The notes beneath the pieces are model-generated. The model was given only the letters and a program-made list of their open reading frames with translations. It ran no database searches and had not been told where the DNA came from. A stretch of DNA of 47,993 nt from Pirellulales bacterium (GTDB taxonomy: Bacteria > Planctomycetota > Planctomycetia > Pirellulales > JAICIG01), in assembly GCA_040901675.1 (NCBI GenBank), contig JBBDYJ010000034.1, forward strand, positions 1 to 47,993, read 5' to 3'. Below, piece by piece: positions 1-9,168 of the stretch. The position numbers and the translations under genes are program-made. The stretch's first letter is position 1; each line of letters starts with the position of its first letter.

Positions 1-324
1 GTCTTCGCCCATCCTGCCGGCTCCCGCTACGCCCGTAGCCGCGGTAGAATCATGGGCAAGCCCGTGAACGGTTACGATCCGGGTTAGGGCCGTTGAAGCC
101 AATAGCGCCGCTGCTACGACGAAGTTCAGGATCAATCCGGGCGTATGGACCTTGAGGTGGGGGCCGCCGATGCTCCAGTTGGAAAGCATCTTAACAGGCC
201 AACCGCTCACGTAATCGCAGCCCCACGGCATCTCCGATGTTTGCCGCCACAGCGACGTTTCCGCACACGAGGATAGGGCCCCCCACGTCACCCAGTGCAG
301 TCGATACCAACGGCGTTCGGCCAT
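1..324 (-). pseudogene. MAERRWYRLH-family membrane protein paralog, runs off the left edge and is probably degenerate
   Basis: My translation from ATG 324 gives MAERRWYRLHWVTW...SGWPV...LILNFVVAAALLASTA. This matches the paralogs at 328-897 and 9169-9624, but the first TM segment looks frameshifted and similarity is lost after STA. It is absent from the ORF track because there is no stop in the window. Confidence 0.5.
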
Positions 325-327
325 GGC

Positions 328-897
328 CTAGTCCTTGAAGCAGAGGGCAACCAGTGATCGCAGCGCCGAGACAGAGCGGGGAGCGAGGCGGGCCACAAGC
401 CAGCCCGCGGTGTAGATCGTACAGCCGAGGGCGAAGAGGGTGGGCACTTGCACCGGCCAGTGCATTACAGAACCAGTCGGGTCGGATTCGCAGCCGACGA
501 GCGTCGGCCGCTCAAATTGGGCGAGAGCAAATACGACCGAGAAAACGGCAGTAAGGATCAACAGCGTCAGCAGCCTGACTTGCAATCGATTGTTTGATCG
601 AAGCCATGTCTCCAATACGAAGCCCACTGCGGCGATGGCGGCGAGCTGGATGGCCAGGTTCAAGGCCCGGCAGTTCCACCACGGGCAGTTATGCCATGGA
701 CAGGACCACCACTCTTGCAGGTTGTAGCCGATGTGGGTGAACGGCCATCCATAGACCGTAGTGGACACGGTCGTGCCTGTCGCATAGACATGAATGCGTT
801 TTCTACCGCACCAGTCAGACCACGCCAGTGCTGCACAAACGATGCACAGCCCGATCAGCGTAACGCCATGCAATCGATACCACCTTCGTTCGGCCAT
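328..897 (-). CDS. MAERRWYRLH-family multi-pass membrane protein of unknown function
   Basis: Start moved to ATG 897, which has TG-n-TATCAT 6 nt upstream. About four hydrophobic segments, a YGWP motif, an internal RLQVRLLTLL motif; paralog of 9169-9624. Confidence 0.7.
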   Translation of the reverse strand: MAERRWYRLHGVTLIGLCIVCAALAWSDWCGRKRIHVYATGTTVSTTVYGWPFTHIGYNLQEWWSCPWHNCPWWNCRALNLAIQLAAIAAVGFVLETWLRSNNRLQVRLLTLLILTAVFSVVFALAQFERPTLVGCESDPTGSVMHWPVQVPTLFALGCTIYTAGWLVARLAPRSVSALRSLVALCFKD

Positions 898-989
898 GCG
901 CATATGATACCAGGGAGAACAGCGGCCGCAACGTTCGGCACGTTGGCGCGTGTCGCGTCGTTGGGGAAGAACTAGCCCCGTGTACGAAC

Positions 990-1849
990 GCGACGACGTG
1001 CGAAACGGCCAGCGATTTGGCTTCGCCGATGGGTAGTTCGAAGCGGCCCTGTTAACGGTCCGCACAGGCCGGGCATATTCGTCATTGCCGTCATGGCGCC
1101 AGGCCTGGCCGGCCGCCAGGTTCAACAGCGTCGGGCCAACGGCGAAGACCGCGGCATCCTGCAAGGGTTCGCCCGAATGATCGAGCACAACGCCGCGGAC
1201 GATAGGCCCGCGCAAGGGCCGCTTCGCATTGGCGAAGCTCAACACTTTGGCGCACGGCCAATTGCCGCCGCAACTCGTCGAGCAGCTTCAGCCAGCACGG
1301 ATCGCCGATGACTCGCGAGCGGCGGTGTAAGGCAGCCAGTTGCCATAGACCAACCGCCAGCGGAACGAGCGATAGGAGCGCGCCCGTCGCCCAGCCGATG
1401 GCCAGCCACGGTAAAGGACCGCGCTGGGGATTCGCCGCCAGGATGTTCGTAGCGGGCAGTGGTTCGGTCGCTGCCGTCGACCCAGCGGAATCAGGTGGCG
1501 CGACGGTCACCGACGTCGGCGCGGTAACGACCGGCTCGATGGCGCCTGTTTGCGTTTCGGGTGTCTGCCCCGTTCTTGCGAGCTGCGTTGGCTGGGTGGC
1601 CGTTGCGAGCCGTGCCGGCTCGGTGGTCCACTGTGGCAGCCAGGCCACTTGCCACGCCGGCAGCGCCAGCGACAGGGCCGGCAAGAGCAGCAAGCTCGCC
1701 ACGCTCAGGCACCACAACAGATGCCGCCGGGCAGCCGAGGCCTTGCCCAAGAGCGCGGCAATGCCTACAGCCAGGAGCATGACGGCCGCGCTCTTGAGCG
1801 CGAGGTCCAGCAACCCGGACAAAGAAACGAGCGTCAGAAACGGGGACAT
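990..1849 (-). pseudogene. BlaR1/M56-family membrane sensor-peptidase, internally deleted and frameshifted
   Basis: The N-terminus MSPF...LKSAAVMLLA...ASAARRHLLW...LAIGWATG...VELRQCEAAL is typical of M56 proteins. It breaks before any HExxH. Other frames then give GPIVRGVVLDHSGEPLQDAAV and GRFELPIGEAKSLAVSH, resembling a carboxypeptidase-regulatory-like domain. It starts 1 nt after the blaI stop. Confidence 0.7.
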
Positions 1850-1850
1850 G

Positions 1851-2240
1851 TCAGCGTCCCTCCTTTCGAGCTTGCTGGATGAGTTGCCCCAGGCGCTGGA
1901 GTTCTTCTTCCGAAAGGTTGGCGTCGGACCCTTGCAACAAGGCGGCGACCGCCTTTTCGAGCGAGCCCTCGAAGAACGTGTCCAACACGCGGCGGAGCGC
2001 CGAGCGGCCGGCCTGGGCGCGGCGGCGGGTGGGGACGTAGATGTAACGCCCCTGCTCTGCGCGGTGCTTGAGATGCCCCTTGTCGACCAGGATCGCCAGC
2101 AGGGCCCGCACGGCGGAGTAGCTGGGCGGGTCGGGCAGGCCGGCACGGACGTCGGCCGCCGAGGCCTCTTGCCGCGCGTACACGATGTCCATGATCTGTC
2201 GTTCGCGGCGGCTGAGCGTGTGGGCGGGTGCGCGGCTCAT
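1851..2240 (-). CDS. BlaI/MecI/CopY-family transcriptional repressor
   Basis: LSRRERQIMDIVY...SYSAVRALLAILVDKGHL...RYIYVP...VLDTFFEGS; directly upstream of an M56 gene. Confidence 0.92.
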   Translation of the reverse strand: MSRAPAHTLSRRERQIMDIVYARQEASAADVRAGLPDPPSYSAVRALLAILVDKGHLKHRAEQGRYIYVPTRRRAQAGRSALRRVLDTFFEGSLEKAVAALLQGSDANLSEEELQRLGQLIQQARKEGR

Positions 2241-2243
2241 GGC

Positions 2244-2302
2244 TGCTAAAATATTAGCAACCCGGCGACGGCTGTCAAGAGCGGGATGCTAAATACTTAG
2301 CA
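2244..2302 (-). promoter_or_regulatory. blaI-like promoter with two palindromic operators TGCTAA-N4-TTAGCA
   Basis: Palindromes at 2244-2259 and 2287-2302. Minus-strand TTGACA (2278-2273), 16-bp spacer, TAATAT (2256-2251) overlapping operator 1. Confidence 0.75.
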
Positions 2303-2315
2303 CGGTGTATTGGTT

Positions 2316-4070
2316 TCAAGACGTCGCCCGCATCCACCCATACCGGATGTGTTCCGGCTCAATCGCCAGCGCCAAGTAGGTTTCGCGCATGCGAGTCAAG
2401 TTGTCGGCCCTCAACTGTCCAAACTCGAGCACGGTTTTCAGTTCGGCGGTCATCCGCGCTTCGTAGTCCTTGGGTATATCCTTGTACGCGCCGGTTTCCA
2501 CGGTCTTGATTCCATAGAGGCGGGCGGAGTTCAATCCTAAGATCTTCCGCTTCGCGGTTTCGGTGAGCTCGGGATAGCCGTACTTTTCGCGCATCGCCGC
2601 GGGAATCTGGAATCGCCACAGCGCCTCGATCTGCCATTGCGGCGACCCGTACCAGACCGAATCGGAGCCGAACACGATCCGGTCTTCGCCCAGGAATTTC
2701 AAAAGCTGACCGAGAATGTGGGCCGCAATCGTCGGGAACGTCACCACCGACGAGGCCCACGTCGTCCCGATCTCGGCAATGCAGTTCGGCAGATCGGCGA
2801 CGAGCTGGGCATATTCCGTCGTCCAACTGATGTTCGGCACGCCGCCGCGCAGCTTCTCTGCTTTGACTTCCTCCAGCGCATCTGCCAAGAAGAAGTTCGG
2901 CTGAATGCAGGCGTGATAGGAAATAAAGTTGAGCATGGGCCAATCTCGGGCCGCTTTGGGCAGGTCGTCGGGATGGCCGCGCTTGGGATCGGCCGGGCCC
3001 GGCGCCAGGCCCTTGTGGACGCAGATGTTGTTGAAGCCCGGCCGCTTGTCCTTGAGCTTTTCGTAGTTCTTCTGGATCAGTTCGAAGGTCGGATAAGCCA
3101 CGTCAGGGTCGTCGTGTCGCCATTGCTGCATCAGGCTCGCCGGGTCGTCATCTACCTTGGCGGAGTTCGAAATGTTGTAGCCCTTCCACGAATCGGGCTC
3201 GTTCTGGTCGATCTGCTCCTGGATGAACTTTAGATTCCCTTTGCCGACGTAGAGCAAGCCGTGGCACAGCATCCGCGTCGAGCCCGAAATCTTGTTGACG
3301 AAGTTGCGAGCGGCGGCGGTCTGAGCGGCGGTGAGAATCTCGCCCCGCTGGGCCTCCTCGGCATTCTTTGGTGGCCGCGATGGCTCGCCCTCGACCTGCA
3401 CCATCGAGGCGGTGACGTTCGACAAGAGACCGATCGTCACCTGGCTGTCCAGGTACACGTCCTTGATGAACTGCGTGATGTGGGCGTAGCCTGGATCGAT
3501 TGGCAGCCCGACGAGTGCCGGATTCCAATTGCTCCACACCTCGCCCAGTTCGTCCTTCTGCCCGCGGTCGTTGTAGGGGTTCGACTTGACGCGGGGAGCC
3601 GAACTCGGACCCTGCGCGATGGCTCGCAGCGCGGCCGGCGACGGGCGGCTGCCGCGGACCATGTGCAACTGATCGTCGAAGACGAACAGGTCCTTGGGCC
3701 CAGCGGCCGCGGCATGGGCCGCCGGTTCGAGCAGCTCTTCTTCGCCGACGGCAAAGAAGTGTCCATAGACGTCGTTCATCGCCAACAAGGCGGCCGCTAT
3801 GCCGCCCGAACCGGCCAGGAATCGACGCCGGCTGATGCCCAGCCGCCGGCTCGCCCGCTCGGCCAGCTCGTCCAGTCGCGACTCGACACTTCGCTGCTCT
3901 TGGGTTTGGGGCGCGGGCATGTACTCTCCATTGCTGATCATCCGCGTCGGCACCGGCGAGCGCGGCTCGGCTACGTCGGCCCGCTGACACTTTGCCACCT
4001 GCTCGTCGTCCAGCAGCCCGTGGTCATCTTCCCACACGCGTCCCGACTCATTCCATGGCTGAATCGACAT
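2316..4070 (-). CDS. Amidohydrolase-family (Amidohydro_2-like) metal-dependent hydrolase
   Basis: FDDQLH, ICVHKG, ISYHAC and IVFGSDSVWYG...KILGLNSARLYG motifs; internal SRRRFL Tat-like motif. GAGGAGG RBS before ATG 4070. Confidence 0.85.
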   Translation of the reverse strand: MSIQPWNESGRVWEDDHGLLDDEQVAKCQRADVAEPRSPVPTRMISNGEYMPAPQTQEQRSVESRLDELAERASRRLGISRRRFLAGSGGIAAALLAMNDVYGHFFAVGEEELLEPAAHAAAAGPKDLFVFDDQLHMVRGSRPSPAALRAIAQGPSSAPRVKSNPYNDRGQKDELGEVWSNWNPALVGLPIDPGYAHITQFIKDVYLDSQVTIGLLSNVTASMVQVEGEPSRPPKNAEEAQRGEILTAAQTAAARNFVNKISGSTRMLCHGLLYVGKGNLKFIQEQIDQNEPDSWKGYNISNSAKVDDDPASLMQQWRHDDPDVAYPTFELIQKNYEKLKDKRPGFNNICVHKGLAPGPADPKRGHPDDLPKAARDWPMLNFISYHACIQPNFFLADALEEVKAEKLRGGVPNISWTTEYAQLVADLPNCIAEIGTTWASSVVTFPTIAAHILGQLLKFLGEDRIVFGSDSVWYGSPQWQIEALWRFQIPAAMREKYGYPELTETAKRKILGLNSARLYGIKTVETGAYKDIPKDYEARMTAELKTVLEFGQLRADNLTRMRETYLALAIEPEHIRYGWMRATS

Positions 4071-4096
4071 ACCTTCCTCCTCGCCACTCGGCAAAA

Positions 4097-4207
4097 TCAC
4101 CCGCCCGTGAGCCCCGAAGCTGGACTATCATCCCTAACCCACGGTTCCCTGTGCTGCAAGCACTGCCAGAAGATGGTGCGCAAGCGGAATTGGAAGGGGC
4201 GGGCCAT
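4097..4207 (-). pseudogene. Truncated copy of the FQFRLRT small membrane ORF (MARPFQFRLRTIFW then unrelated sequence)
   Basis: The first ~14 codons and the TAAGCT-N6-ATG upstream signal match the ORF at 10345-10467; the TM helix is lost. Confidence 0.5.
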
Positions 4208-4304
4208 GGGTCAAGCTTAGCGGGCGTCGGCGGTGCGGGAAAGAAGAACCCCATCCGTGCGGGAGGCAAGGCCGCCCGCCGGACCCGGGCGGGAGCCAAG
4301 CGGA

Positions 4305-4343
4305 TTGCAGCCCCTTGCCGCAAGGCAGACAATGGCGGCAATG
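4305..4343 (+). promoter_or_regulatory. Orphan copy of the repeated island promoter (TTGCAG-N17-GACAAT-N7-ATG)
   Basis: Same sequence family as the promoters at 4964, 6300, 10518 and 11690; followed only by an 18-codon ORF. Confidence 0.55.
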
Positions 4344-4456
4344 GCACATTCGGATAAGCGGGCCGCGGTTGAGTCGTGGTTGAATCGGAAGCGGTGAGCG
4401 GGCACCCGATGAATGAGCGGGGCTACCGAGGGCTAAAAGCGAAGGAGTGACAGGCA

Positions 4457-4936
4457 ATGAAGTTCTCGTTGCTGACGCTGCTGGGAGCGGTGGCAGTTGC
4501 CGCAGTCGGTTGTGCGGCATTGTCGCACCCAGTTCAAGGCTCGGCGATGGCTGTCTTCACGGCCGCCATCCTCTTGCTGTTCGGCGCTGTCCTGGCCGCC
4601 ATTTGCTGCGGGGCAGCCGCCAGATTATTTTGGCTGGGCTTCGCGATTCTGGGCTGGGGTTACTTGCTGCTCGTGTGGGTTTGCCTCGAAAACGAGCTTG
4701 AGCCGAATACGGATGGACGCATTCTTGCCACGACTTGGGGTCTGGATGAATTGGCCGAAGCAACGCTGGAGCCGTGGAACTTGGAGGAGGGCGGTCGAGT
4801 ATATATTCATCGAAAGGTAATCGCCGCGTGGCGCTGTCTTCTACAAATCGGACACACGCTCTGGGCGTTAGTTTTCGCCTTCGTCGGCGGTGTTCTGGCT
4901 CGATGGCTCTACGTAAGGCGGGAGCGGCATTCCTAG
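4457..4936 (+). CDS. Hypothetical membrane protein with FSLLTLL leader (about 4 TM)
   Basis: AGGAG RBS; MKFSLLTLLGAVAVAAVGCAAL; FWLGFAILGWGYL; IGHTLWALVFAFVGG. Confidence 0.75.
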   Translation: MKFSLLTLLGAVAVAAVGCAALSHPVQGSAMAVFTAAILLLFGAVLAAICCGAAARLFWLGFAILGWGYLLLVWVCLENELEPNTDGRILATTWGLDELAEATLEPWNLEEGGRVYIHRKVIAAWRCLLQIGHTLWALVFAFVGGVLARWLYVRRERHS

Positions 4937-4963
4937 GGTCCTGCACCAGCCAAGCAGCGATGA

Positions 4964-5001
4964 TTGCAGCCCCTCGCCGCAAACCCGACAATGGGGCCAT
5001 G
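4964..5001 (+). promoter_or_regulatory. Repeated leaderless sigma70-type promoter
   Basis: TTGCAG 4964-4969, 17-bp spacer, GACAAT 4987-4992, ATG 4999; no SD. Confidence 0.65.
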
Positions 5002-5502
5002 GACAGCCCGGAGCCAATCACGCCGCCGAAGCGCCGCAGGCGCTGGCGCCAGTTCAGCATCTCGACGCTGCTGGTGATGGGGCTGGTGTTTAGTGCGGCT
5101 AGCCTATGGGTGCTTGCATCTCGATCGGCCCACCCGGTGCGCGGCGTACGGCCTCAACCGTCAAGGCCAACAGATGCTGCTCGGCGCGAGGACGAGGGGC
5201 GGACGGGCGCGCGGCCTCCCGTTCGACCAACTCCCGACCAACGCGCGGCAGCCGCGCTCGCGGCGCGCCTGGCAAACGAGCGATGCGACGAACTATGGGG
5301 CGAGCGGCCGTTTTCGCCGGACACCTACGTGGCGAGGTTCCACAACGGGCGCTGGCACTGGGGAGAGTACGACCCCGCCGGCGTCCATGGGTATTCCGCC
5401 GAGGTGTCGTTCGGGCCGAGCGGCAAGCGATCCAAGGTGCAAATCTACTGGAGTACTGATGCGGAGGAAATACCGGGGGAGTTGGAGATTATCGAAGATT
5501 GA
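4999..5502 (+). CDS. Membrane-anchored hypothetical protein sharing the MDSPEP...RQFSISTLLV leader of the LRR genes but with a non-LRR C-terminal domain
   Basis: The first 26 codons are near-identical to 6335 and 10553; the rest is unrelated. Confidence 0.7.
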   Translation: MDSPEPITPPKRRRRWRQFSISTLLVMGLVFSAASLWVLASRSAHPVRGVRPQPSRPTDAARREDEGRTGARPPVRPTPDQRAAAALAARLANERCDELWGERPFSPDTYVARFHNGRWHWGEYDPAGVHGYSAEVSFGPSGKRSKVQIYWSTDAEEIPGELEIIED

Positions 5503-5584
5503 AGATCAAATAGAGATGTCTTGAACTAGTTGGAAATCTCTGTAAGGCCGCGTTCTTGGGACCCAATGCTGGGGAGCCACAGAA

Positions 5585-6238
5585 ATGGTTCGCGTTGCGC
5601 ACAACAGCCGGATTCTTCAATATAGCATGCGTTCGATGCTGCTGCTCATCACCATTGTTGGAGTCGTGCTTGGAGATTACGTCAATGATGTCAGGCGACA
5701 GCGTGCTGCCGTCGCGGAACTCGACGAATTGGGTGGGTGGTGCTTTTATGAGTACGAGTGGGATGATCAAAGAGATTTACCCAAGCAAGCCGTGTCCGGT
5801 CCGCCGGGCCCAAATTGGCTCATTAAGGTGCTGGGGGTTGACATGTTTCACCCTGTGGTGGCGGTTACGTTTGTTGACGCTGAAGTGGACGATGAAGACT
5901 TGGTGCTCCTGAGGAGCTTGCCGAGGGTTCGGAACCTTAACCTTCGATTTGCTAATGTCACAGACGTGGGTTTATCGAAGATCGCTCTTCTTAAGCGCTT
6001 GGAAGTTCTAAATGTGTCACAAACCCACATCAGCGACGCCGGTCTGCTGCACATACAAGCGCTAAAGGAGTTGCGGTCTGTCGACCTTTGCGGGACAAAG
6101 GTTACGGACGCCGGCCTCCAGAACCTCGAAGCACTGAGCAAGCTAGAGAAAGTATACTTGGAGAATTCAGGTGTTACTGATGAGGGTTTTCATCGATTGC
6201 AGCGTGCGCGGCCAGGTGTGCGGCGGCATCGCTATTAG
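5585..6238 (+). CDS. Membrane-anchored leucine-rich-repeat protein (3 repeats plus terminal cap repeat), divergent and lower GC
   Basis: LQYSMRSMLLLIT anchor, RRQRAAVAELDELGG, PPGPNWL..LG.D, 24-aa LxxLxLxxTxVTDAGL repeats. Confidence 0.85.
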   Translation: MVRVAHNSRILQYSMRSMLLLITIVGVVLGDYVNDVRRQRAAVAELDELGGWCFYEYEWDDQRDLPKQAVSGPPGPNWLIKVLGVDMFHPVVAVTFVDAEVDDEDLVLLRSLPRVRNLNLRFANVTDVGLSKIALLKRLEVLNVSQTHISDAGLLHIQALKELRSVDLCGTKVTDAGLQNLEALSKLEKVYLENSGVTDEGFHRLQRARPGVRRHRY

Positions 6239-6299
6239 GCTTTTCGCGCCACGGGTGGCCAGCCCGCTGACCCGATCCTGCACCACCCAAGAGGGATGA

Positions 6300-6337
6300 T
6301 TGCAGCCCCACGCCGCAAACCCGACAATGGGGCCATG
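6300..6337 (+). promoter_or_regulatory. Repeated leaderless sigma70-type promoter
   Basis: TTGCAG 6300-6305, 17 bp, GACAAT 6323-6328, ATG 6335. Confidence 0.65.
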
Positions 6338-7183
6338 GACAGCCCCGAGCCAATCAAGCCGCCGAAGCGCCCCTGGAGCTGGCGCCAGTACAGCGTTTCG
6401 ACGCTGCTGATCGTGGTGACGATCGTGGGCCTGCTCCTGGCCTTGGTGGTTGTCCCCGCCGAGCGCCAGCGACGAGCGGTGGCGGCGATCCGCGAGGCGG
6501 GGGGCACGGTAACGTATGACGATGGGTCACCAAACGAGCCTCCGGGCCCCGACTGGCTGTCTCGGCTTCTGGGCGTGGACTATTTTGCCGACGTGGTCTA
6601 TGTCTCGGCAGGGGGCATGACCGATGCGACGTGCTCGCACTTAAGCGTGTTGACGAGCCTGCAATTACTGCACCTACGCGACACCCAGATGACCGACGCT
6701 GGCCTGGCGCATCTGGCCGGGCTGACGAGGCTGGAAGCGCTGCACCTGAACGGCACCCAGATGACCGACGCTGGCCTGGCGCACCTCGCCGGGCTGACGA
6801 GCCTGGAACGGCTATACGTGGCGGGCACGCAAGTTACTGACGCCGGCCTGGCGCATTTGGGCGGGCTGACAAGGCTGGAATACTTGGACCTGGACGACAC
6901 CCAGGTGTCCTACGCTGGCCTGGCGCAGCTCGCCGGGCTGACGAAGCTGCAATCGCTGGAACTGAACAACACGCAAGTCACTGACGCCGGCCTTGCGAAC
7001 CTGGCCGGGCTGACAAGCCTGCAATCGTTGTACCTGGCCAACACGCAGGTCACCGACGCTGGCCTGGCGCATTTGGCCCGGCTGACGAGCCTGCAATTGC
7101 TGCTGCTGGGAGGCACGCGAGTCACGGATCAGGGTTGCGACAGGTTGCGACAGGCCCTGCCGACTTGTTCAGTTGTTCGCTAG
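6335..7183 (+). CDS. Membrane-anchored LRR protein (6 repeats plus terminal cap repeat)
   Basis: 24-aa repeats LTSLQxLxLxxTQVTDAGLAHLAG; N-terminal TM; C-cap GCDRLRQALP.C. Confidence 0.9.
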   Translation: MDSPEPIKPPKRPWSWRQYSVSTLLIVVTIVGLLLALVVVPAERQRRAVAAIREAGGTVTYDDGSPNEPPGPDWLSRLLGVDYFADVVYVSAGGMTDATCSHLSVLTSLQLLHLRDTQMTDAGLAHLAGLTRLEALHLNGTQMTDAGLAHLAGLTSLERLYVAGTQVTDAGLAHLGGLTRLEYLDLDDTQVSYAGLAQLAGLTKLQSLELNNTQVTDAGLANLAGLTSLQSLYLANTQVTDAGLAHLARLTSLQLLLLGGTRVTDQGCDRLRQALPTCSVVR

Positions 7184-7198
7184 AGCGTCCGCATCACG

Positions 7199-7684
7199 TT
7201 GAGGACCATAAACGTGGATATTAACCATTTCCTCGCAGGATTCGCAGCTATACCGGACCATGAGTTACACAAGCTAAGGCGCACCCCGAAGCTAGATGAG
7301 TGGCCAACCGATGAGGCCTTCTATTTCGATCTTACGAGAAAAATGTTTTCTGAGCCTAGGCAAGCTGGCCCTCCTTGGACGCAACCAATGAGACGCCACC
7401 GGTTTGTGTGCATTCTTTCCGAGTTCTTGTACCATGATGGACGTACATTTAGCGTGCTGATGCACATTGCCGACCTGGCCGGCCGTGAACCAGAAGTGCT
7501 CGGAACGCATGGCGTGAACGCGTTGGCCGCTATTTGGTGCTACTTGAATATGGGGTGGCCTATACCAATGCCAGAAGAGCAGGTCCTATCGCTCTTGAAA
7601 GGATACGAATCTGTCGCTGTCCTGTCACACAACGCGGCAAGGTGCCTCAATGCGTTGCAACTCCGTCGCCCGGACTTGTCATGA
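7199..7684 (+). CDS. Hypothetical protein (lower-GC cargo)
   Basis: 161-aa ORF with normal composition filling the gap after the LRR gene; no recognisable motif. Confidence 0.5.
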   Translation: MRTINVDINHFLAGFAAIPDHELHKLRRTPKLDEWPTDEAFYFDLTRKMFSEPRQAGPPWTQPMRRHRFVCILSEFLYHDGRTFSVLMHIADLAGREPEVLGTHGVNALAAIWCYLNMGWPIPMPEEQVLSLLKGYESVAVLSHNAARCLNALQLRRPDLS

Positions 7685-7899
7685 TCCTTGCCCCAATGCC
7701 GCAACTGGAACGTCTCCAACGGGAAGCCCATAGAAGCGGCTGCGAGGTTGACCGCCATGCAAGAGAGATCGCGCCGTTTGACAGCGGGTCTTAGCGCTCC
7801 GGCACGCGTGTTTCTGAAACATCATCCCGGTGCCGAATCCCAGGATGAAGCCAGTGCCCATTTCGCGCATTTCAAACGATTCCACTACGCTCGGTCGGG

Positions 7900-8123
7900 T
7901 CCACTAGCCTTTCCCCCACCTGATCGCCTAAACTGCAGCTAGAGTTCGCGGTCTGACCTGGCACCGCGATCCGCCGCCCCGGAACCCTGGGGCCGCGCTG
8001 GGCATCTCGGAGCTGCCAGCACAGCCCTGTGCCGGAGGTTCCCGTGCGCATCGAGATGCGGCCCATCGATTCCATCTGTCCCTATCCGGGCAACCCGCGC
8101 ATCAACGACGACGCGGTGGACGC
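7900..8123 (+). repeat. ~225-bp direct repeat, copy 1 (promoter, structured leader and 5' end of the ParB-MTase gene)
   Basis: Highly similar to 13116-13341 by eye alignment. Confidence 0.9.
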
Positions 8124-8553
8124 CGTCGCCGCGAGCATCAAAGCCTTTGGATTTCGGCAGCCGATCGTGGTCGACGCCGACGGCGTGATCATCGTCGGGC
8201 ACACGCGCTATAAGGCAGCCCAGAAGCTTGGGCTCGCCAAGGTGCCGGTCCACGTGGCCAAGGACCTCTCGCCCGAGCAGATCAAGGCCTACCGGATCGC
8301 CGACAACCAGACGGCCCAACTGGCCGAGTGGGACTTCGACCTGCTGCCGATCGAGTTGGCGGATCTGCAGGCCATGAACTTCGATTTGGGGCTCCTGGGC
8401 TTTGACCCGGACGAACTGGCCGGGTTGCTCGATCCCGGCCTTCAGGAAGGCCGGTGCGATCCGGACGACGTGCCGGCGCCGCCGGACGAGGCGACCACGC
8501 AGCCGGGCGACCTGTGGATCCTCGGCGACCACCGGCTGCTCTGCGGCGACTCA
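8044..8553 (+). pseudogene. ParB/Srx N-terminal domain of a phage-type DNA modification methylase, truncated at the start of the MTase domain
   Basis: GGAGG-GTG start; PYPGNPRIND...SIKAFGFRQPIVVD...GHTRYKAA...YRIADN...GDLWILGDHRLLCGDS, then unrelated sequence to the stop at 8682; no DPPY/SPPY motif. Confidence 0.85.
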
Positions 8554-8654
8554 GGGCGCCGGAAAGCCAAGTCCGAGGAACGAGACTACCCCGCCCGACT
8601 TGGCGCAACTCGCGATAGAATTAGCCTGGGGGGTTTGCCTCAGGAGGTAGTTGA

Positions 8655-9068
8655 ATGGATAAGCGCGAGATCAATGACCTGATCGCCTGCATCCTTATGA
8701 TCGCGTTCCTACTTTTTACGACCATCAAGTACAAATACGTTGCGCGAGTAACGAGTGAGGGGTGGAAGAGGTGGGCGGGCGAATGCCGTAATCGCCCAAT
8801 CTTACGAATCCTCCTCACGCTTTTCCTCCTTTTTGTCGCTGTTTCTGTGCTCTGGATCGGCTTCCAAGGGGACGTGCTTGCGCTCGTTCTTGGCGGCATC
8901 GTGACCATTGTCACAATCTGGCAGATTCTCTGGGTTGAGCCTTGGATACGCCTGTTGGAATGGCAGAGCGAGGTGCTAGACAGGTTCCCATGGCTGATCA
9001 TAGTCATGAATGCGTTGTTCATCCTAATTGGGGCATTATGGTTCCTGATTTCGGCGATACTGCATTGA
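8655..9068 (+). CDS. Hypothetical membrane protein (about 4 TM, lower GC)
   Basis: AGGAGG RBS; four hydrophobic segments. Confidence 0.75.
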   Translation: MDKREINDLIACILMIAFLLFTTIKYKYVARVTSEGWKRWAGECRNRPILRILLTLFLLFVAVSVLWIGFQGDVLALVLGGIVTIVTIWQILWVEPWIRLLEWQSEVLDRFPWLIIVMNALFILIGALWFLISAILH

Positions 9069-9168
9069 CCACAGCGCCAGCCTCGTGAGCGGTGTCGGGG
9101 TCCTACCGGCGGGACCGCTGGGCGCGTCGGGATGTCGCTGGCGACCCGTGCCTTGGGGCGAGTGCCGC

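Noticed and set aside
898..1245. N-terminal extension of ORF 328-1245
   Set aside because: It belongs to the broken M56 gene; paralogs and the -10 box place the real start at 897.
7679..7942. Short ORFs between the hypothetical gene and the ParB repeat
   Set aside because: Several overlapping frames with no motif or clear start signal; probably decayed sequence.
8044..8682. Functional chromosome-partition parB
   Set aside because: No parA and no HTH/dimerisation region; the GDLWILGDHRLLCGDS tail identifies it as the front half of a phage-type methylase.
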